Positions 59,519 through 64,000 of a stretch of DNA of 64,000 nt are shown piece by piece. Every line of letters starts with the position of its first letter. Position 1 is the stretch's first letter. The stretch spans positions 10,013 to 74,012 of the IMG/VR virus record IMGVR_UViG_3300020045_007949; one strand, given 5' to 3'. The DNA is from a virus. Its lineage: Duplodnaviria; Caudoviricetes. The position numbers and the translations under genes are program-made. A model generated the notes under the pieces. The model did no database searches, was not told the DNA's origin, and saw only the letters and a list, made by a program, of their open reading frames with translations.

Positions 59519-59549
59519 CAAAGTTACGAATAAAATTGTCTATTGTCAA
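59519..59549 (-). promoter_or_regulatory. Promoter directly upstream of the atypical tRNA
   Basis: Minus strand reads TTGAC...TAACTTTG, ending 11 nt before G1. Confidence 0.8.
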
Positions 59550-59568
59550 GTGTTTGTTGATTTATTTA

Positions 59569-60037
59569 TCAATATTTATTAAACAATGAGTATAGTGAAA
59601 TTAAATCATCCTTACTAATCAACCTAAACTGCTTTACTACACCAAAACCATTAAGTAGTAATAAAGCGTACTTTTGTGATTTATTATAATTAATATAAAA
59701 GTGATTATCAATACTCAAAGTCCAAAATTCATTTTCAGTGTTCTCATGGTTTTTCTTTATTGGAAATTCGTTTAACCACAATTCTAATTCTGTCATATTG
59801 TATTAGTTTTTATTTATTTTACCAAGAAGCTGGATTTTCATTTTTCTCCATTCTGTTAAACCACTTACAGGTTAAATAAATTACACCTATTAATACAATA
59901 ATCCAACTAAGAGATGCACATTTTATAGCATTAAACCTATGACCAATAGTCCATGTGACTTTATCTAAAACAACAAAGTCTATGTATTGCAAAATATATG
60001 CAAAAAGAAAGCCGATTAAATAGAGTAAAATCTCCAT
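59569..60037 (-). other. Two small CDSs (59569-59796; 59819-60037 membrane protein)
   Basis: ORF track. Confidence 0.65.
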
Positions 60038-60039
60038 AA

Positions 60040-61407
60040 TTATATTATATTAAAATGTTTAAGTGCTATTATTGCTGATTCTTTGTCTTTTTGTGCGTTT
60101 TCTGATAGTGGTTCGTATTTATCACTTGCCATCCACTGTAAATATCTCTTGTCTTTCTTGACTACTTCTACGAGGTTGTAATTCTTATACTTCCCTGTCA
60201 TAATTACATAAGAGCGAATATTTTCTTCTAATTCAAGAATCTCGATCATGGAAATTATTTTAGGCTTAAATCCATTGTGAGTAATCTTTTTAGTAGAATC
60301 CCACATCTCCCATTTCCCTTTAGCGTCTTGCTCGAATCTAAAGTCTTCAATCTTTCCAAACTTCTGAACATTACCTACTAAGTCAAGAAACCAAGCCTCT
60401 TTTTTGTCAGGATGAGTTCTCACAACTCTGCCGATATGCTGGTAATATGTAACAAATGAATTAGTTGTTCTTCCGTGAATAATCGCAGGAAGTTTAGGGT
60501 AGTCAAAGCCTGTTCCAAGCACATCTACGTTGATTACGTAAGGAATTTCCCCGTTTTTAAATCCTTCAACAATTCTCTCACGCTCTTTAGGCTTAGTTCC
60601 ACCATGCAGAACCTCTCCACCAATAATTTGAACTGCAATTGACTCTGCTTCGGCTACCGATGGAACAAATATGAGTGCCTGATTAACTCCTTGCTCCTTT
60701 AAATAAGTGATAGAGCGAAGAATCTTGTATTCTATTGAGTTTGATTCGTAAAACTTCTTCAAAGACTCTGCTGTATAATCCCTTCCTGTCGAATTTAGTT
60801 GAAGCATTGAACTATTTACACCTTCTTTCGAGTATTTATATACGATTGGAGTCCAATATTGTTGTATGTCTTGAATTTGAGTAACGTGAATAATATTTCT
60901 AAAAATAGATTCACGATTATTCGACATCATTTGTAGAAAAGAACCTTCTTGCGAGTTACTAAGGAAGATTGGAGTTGCCGTTAAGCCAACTTTCTTCTTA
61001 ATTTTTAGGAACTTACAGGCCTCAGCAAGCTGATTTCCGTCTCTCACTCCGAAATGTGCTTCATCAACGCATATATTCTCAACTCCAATGTCACGAAAAG
61101 ACTCCAAATCAGACATTATTGACCCAATAGTTGCATAAGTAACCTGTCCTACATCTTTACTCTTTAAAGAAGCAGAATAGATAGAAGCATCGAAGCCGTA
61201 ACTCGTATATTTCTCGTAATTCTGCTTTAAAAGCTCCTTATTTGGTTGCAAGCAGATAGTTGGAGTATTAAATAACTTCACAGTTTCAGCAATGATAATG
61301 GATTTTCCAGTAGCCACAGGGCTAACTACGATTCCATTATCCATATCAGAATGTATGAAGTCATTTATATCTCTTACTGCTTGTATTTGATTTGGTCTTA
61401 ACTTCAT
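60040..61407 (-). CDS. SF2 DEAD/DEAH-type helicase (UvsW/YejH-like)
   Basis: LRPNQ, Walker A PVATGKS, DEAH, GLTAT, GTGFD.P, QHIGRVVR; C-terminal TGKYK..W motif. Confidence 0.92.
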   Translation of the reverse strand: MKLRPNQIQAVRDINDFIHSDMDNGIVVSPVATGKSIIIAETVKLFNTPTICLQPNKELLKQNYEKYTSYGFDASIYSASLKSKDVGQVTYATIGSIMSDLESFRDIGVENICVDEAHFGVRDGNQLAEACKFLKIKKKVGLTATPIFLSNSQEGSFLQMMSNNRESIFRNIIHVTQIQDIQQYWTPIVYKYSKEGVNSSMLQLNSTGRDYTAESLKKFYESNSIEYKILRSITYLKEQGVNQALIFVPSVAEAESIAVQIIGGEVLHGGTKPKERERIVEGFKNGEIPYVINVDVLGTGFDYPKLPAIIHGRTTNSFVTYYQHIGRVVRTHPDKKEAWFLDLVGNVQKFGKIEDFRFEQDAKGKWEMWDSTKKITHNGFKPKIISMIEILELEENIRSYVIMTGKYKNYNLVEVVKKDKRYLQWMASDKYEPLSENAQKDKESAIIALKHFNII

Positions 61408-61811
61408 TTTATTGAATTTCTCAATATTTCTTGCATTTTTAAAAGCAAACTTGTATCGAATTTCTCATATTCTTTGTATTCTAACCCACCCTTTAAAATA
61501 TGTTCAAGCATTTCTGGTTTATTCCGCATTTTCATAACCTGCTTTAATGTTGGTCGATACCAAACACCATTAACCTTTAAGTCAGGTGAAATATCCTTGT
61601 AAAAAGAACTCCTTGCAGGAAATCTACAAAATCTGCACTGAATCATCATTGGTGTTACTCCTGAGTCAATATCTTGCGTCTTAGTAACGTGACCCTTCTC
61701 ACAAGTATAACAGTTTACTCTATTCGTAAGGTCAACTTTGTAAAAATCCTTTTCGGCAACATCTTTCAATAGAGCCTCATATTTTCTTGCAACTTCTCTT
61801 TGACTAATCAT
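61404..61811 (-). CDS. Zinc-finger-like hypothetical protein
   Basis: Y.C..GH and C..C motifs with GVTPMMI. Confidence 0.7.
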   Translation of the reverse strand: MISQREVARKYEALLKDVAEKDFYKVDLTNRVNCYTCEKGHVTKTQDIDSGVTPMMIQCRFCRFPARSSFYKDISPDLKVNGVWYRPTLKQVMKMRNKPEMLEHILKGGLEYKEYEKFDTSLLLKMQEILRNSIK

Positions 61812-62404
61812 TTTCTTCTCTTTTTAATTGTTTCGGCTATTTCTAAAATGAATTGGTCAACTATATCAGGAGTCATTGACTCAGAATAATCAATCTTTGT
61901 TTTAAATGTTCCTTCTACATTAACTACCGTAAGGACTACATACGCGTCAGCGTTATTCATCTTCTCTATTAGTGTTTCCATTATATATCTGTATGTTTTT
62001 GCTTGATTAAATAAAATGAAGAGCCTAAAAAGCCAAAAGAAATTAAACCAGCCCAAAATGGCAACATAGCTGGAATCATATTCACATACACAACGAAAGT
62101 CATAAGTAATGAATACATAAATACGTTGTAAATAAATAGCTTGCTACGAATTGTTTTAAATATTTCTCTCATTTTTAATCAAGTTTAAAATTGTTTTCAA
62201 AGATTCTTCTCCTTCTATTTCTCCAAGCAAAATCATTTCTCCGTCTTCATTCTCCATATACAACTCTAAAACATCAACAAGACTTTTTGTGCGAAATAAT
62301 TGCGTAAAGACCGTCTTTTTACTGTGCATAAGAATATAAATTCCTTCTCTTAATACCCAACACTCCCCAAGTTGTTCAAATCCGTATCGTTTTAATTCAA
62401 CCAT
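61808..62404 (-). other. Small CDSs (61808-~61981, 61981-62172 membrane protein, 62156-62404)
   Basis: ORF track; two of them have near-identical copies on the + strand after 63.4 kb. Confidence 0.7.
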
Positions 62405-62560
62405 GATAATGTTATTTTATCTAATGTTCTTGATTCAATTTTTAAACCACCTTGCATTAATTCCCCGAAGAATGAGACGAGTAAAGGGTGGTAAGGCACT
62501 TCTACTGTTCTTTTTTGGCTTCTTGCTGAATTTTCAATCATACTCAAAGGGGTTTAGACC

Positions 62561-62832
62561 ATGAAACAAAAAGCAATATATATAGTAGAAAAATTTATGC
62601 CTTATAGCTACTCTATCGGAAGTAGTTTAAGTGAAGTAGAGGTTACAAGATTTTGGAACGCAGTAGAATGTGCAAGAATATTTATCGCTAATGCAAAGGC
62701 AATTTGCCCTTATGTTAGAAGGAAAGATAGAGACACTATTCTTCAATTTCGCTCACCTGATTACCAATTCGTTGATTATTGATTGAAATTGAAGAAGAAT
62801 TGAATAAATTAACTTTAGAAGATGTAAAATAA
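62561..62832 (+). pseudogene. Frameshifted (or mis-sequenced) small ORF
   Basis: TAT TG ATT GAA at ~62777-62787: adding one G restores YWIEIEEELNKL..., which resembles the end of the paralogue at 57937-58137 (YWNDVINEINKL). Confidence 0.5.
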
Positions 62833-62845
62833 ATGAAATAAAAAC

Positions 62846-62876
62846 TTGACAATAGGCAATAATTATTGTACCTTTG
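62846..62876 (+). promoter_or_regulatory. Bacteroidota-type promoter
   Basis: TTGAC...TACCTTTG. Confidence 0.75.
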
Positions 62877-62890
62877 AAGAAAAAAAAACA

Positions 62891-64000
62891 ATGAAGATAA
62901 ATTTCAACCCATTCGGTCATTGGCTATATGACTTTTGGAAGCAGAAAGAAAAAGAACAAACATTTCTCGATTACGTGGCTTTAAAATACTTTTTCAATCA
63001 AGAAATGAAATTTAGATTTTATTATGCCTGCAAGCAAGTATGTAGAAAGGGTGTTTTTAATTTAGAAGATTTAAGGCAAATTCAAGAATTAGGCATTCCG
63101 CTTGGTCAGATAGATGGTTTTAATTTAAGTGGATTTAGAGAACGAACATCGCCTGTATCATACGACGCTTTTGTCGGATATTTAGTGAACATTTGCGACA
63201 ATAAATTTACAAAAGAACAAATTAAACAAACAATAGAAAATGACTAAAGAAGAATTGTGGAAAATAGAAAAAGAAAGCAAAGACAAGTTTATTGAACTTA
63301 GGATAATGCACATAAATGGATTAATTGAGAATACAGCAAGAAACCAAAAAAGAACCTGCGAAGTTCCATATCACCCTTTACTCGATTCTTTTTTCGAGGA
63401 ATTAATGCAAGGAGGCTTAAAAATAGAATCAAGAACATTAGATAAAATAACATTATCATGGTTGACTTAAAGAAATACGGATTTGAACAGCTTGGCGAGT
63501 GCTGGGTTTTAAAAGAAGGCATTTATATCTTAATGCACAGTAAAAAGACGGTATTTACGCAATTATTTCGCACAAAAAGTCTTGTTGATGTATTAGAGTT
63601 ATATATGGAAAATAAAGACGGAGAAATGATTTTATTAGGAGAGATAGAAGGGGAAGAATCTTTGAAAACGGTTTTAAACTTGATTAAGATATGACAATCC
63701 CAATGCCAGTTTATATAGCATTTTATTTCGTTGGAGTTATTCTTTCTTTCGATGTATTGATTTCAAAGCTAAGTAGAAAGTTCCCGAAGTTAGAGTATAA
63801 TTTTCCGATAAAATTATTAGTATTATTAGTGTGTTTATTCAGTTGGCTTGCACTATATTTCATAATAACAAATAAAGATTTAGATAAATAAATGGAAACA
63901 TTAATAGAGAAAATGAGTAACGCTGATGCGTATGTAGTCCTTACAGTAGTGAATGTAGAAGGCACATTTAAAACAAAGATTGATTATTCCGAGTCTATGA
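62891..64000 (+). other. Small CDSs (62891-63247, 63240-63470, 63458-63694, 63691-63888 membrane protein, and ~63892 to the window end, partial)
   Basis: ORF track and manual reading. Confidence 0.7.

Larger units (their letters stand above)
61874..64000. repeat. Diverged inverted duplication: left arm ~61874-62542 (-), right arm ~63322-64000 (+)
   Basis: 62156-62404 and 63458-63694 differ at 5 of 77 aligned aa; the METLIEKM.NADAYVVLTVVNVEGTFKTKIDYSES ORF and the RTLDKITLSW ORF are also duplicated. Confidence 0.9.

Noticed and set aside
30000-62500. Integrase, repressor or lysogeny module; DNA polymerase
   Set aside because: No tyrosine or serine recombinase, clear CI-like repressor or polymerase motifs occur in this window, so lifestyle cannot be decided from this fragment.
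2078-63965. Many antisense or alternate-frame ORFs (e.g. 2078-2458, 2615-3001, 3193-3414, 10565-11038, 11608-12093, 27563-27877, 33298-33558, 38964-39158, 50916-51200, 57309-57644, 63723-63965)
   Set aside because: They are shadows of longer, motif-bearing genes on the opposite strand or frame, with Ser/Phe/Leu-rich composition typical of antisense reading.
1-64000. CRISPR array or mini-array
   Set aside because: No run of three or more regularly spaced 23-47-bp repeats was seen. The 24-bp repeat at 44718/44878 is coding and occurs only twice.
1-64000. Diversity-generating retroelement, retron or group II intron
   Set aside because: No ORF has reverse-transcriptase motifs, and no adenine-mismatched TR/VR pair was noticed near the tail genes.
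1-64000. Stop-codon reassignment (alternative genetic code)
   Set aside because: Long genes with intact motifs tile the window under code 11, all three stops end genes, and no suppressor anticodon (CTA, TCA, TTA) is present. The odd tRNA has anticodon TAA, which reads UUA and not a stop codon.

Overview
The window is 64 kb of an AT-rich tailed dsDNA phage (Caudoviricetes). The host is very likely in the Bacteroidota, because canonical TTTG/TTG-(19-21 nt)-TAnnTTTG promoters recur throughout. Positions ~1-30 kb are mostly + strand virion and lysis genes: portal (cut off at the window start), scaffold, major capsid, holins, GH24 endolysin, terminase large subunit, tailspike and tail proteins, a tRNA cluster, head-tail joining genes, a frameshifting tail chaperone and the tape measure. 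Several small reverse-strand islets interrupt this module. Positions ~30-62.5 kb are mostly - strand replication, recombination and early genes: PD-(D/E)XK nuclease, SSB, primase-helicase, replication initiator, NinG, MazG-like, DUF1599-like, SF2 helicase, a MOSC-domain gene, an HTH+TnpB element and many small unknown ORFs. The last 1.5 kb is a diverged inverted copy of the preceding genes and may be an assembly chimera. I saw no integrase, DNA polymerase, reverse transcriptase or CRISPR array. The most unusual items are RNA-level. (1) A tRNA with its own promoter has an alanine-type acceptor stem (G3:U70, A73) but a UAA (Leu) anticodon. (2) Two ~60-nt tRNA-like mini-cloverleaves with covarying stems lie between early genes. 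(3) Two further nested stem-loop ncRNA candidates are present. All functional calls come from motif recognition by eye; no database searches were run.
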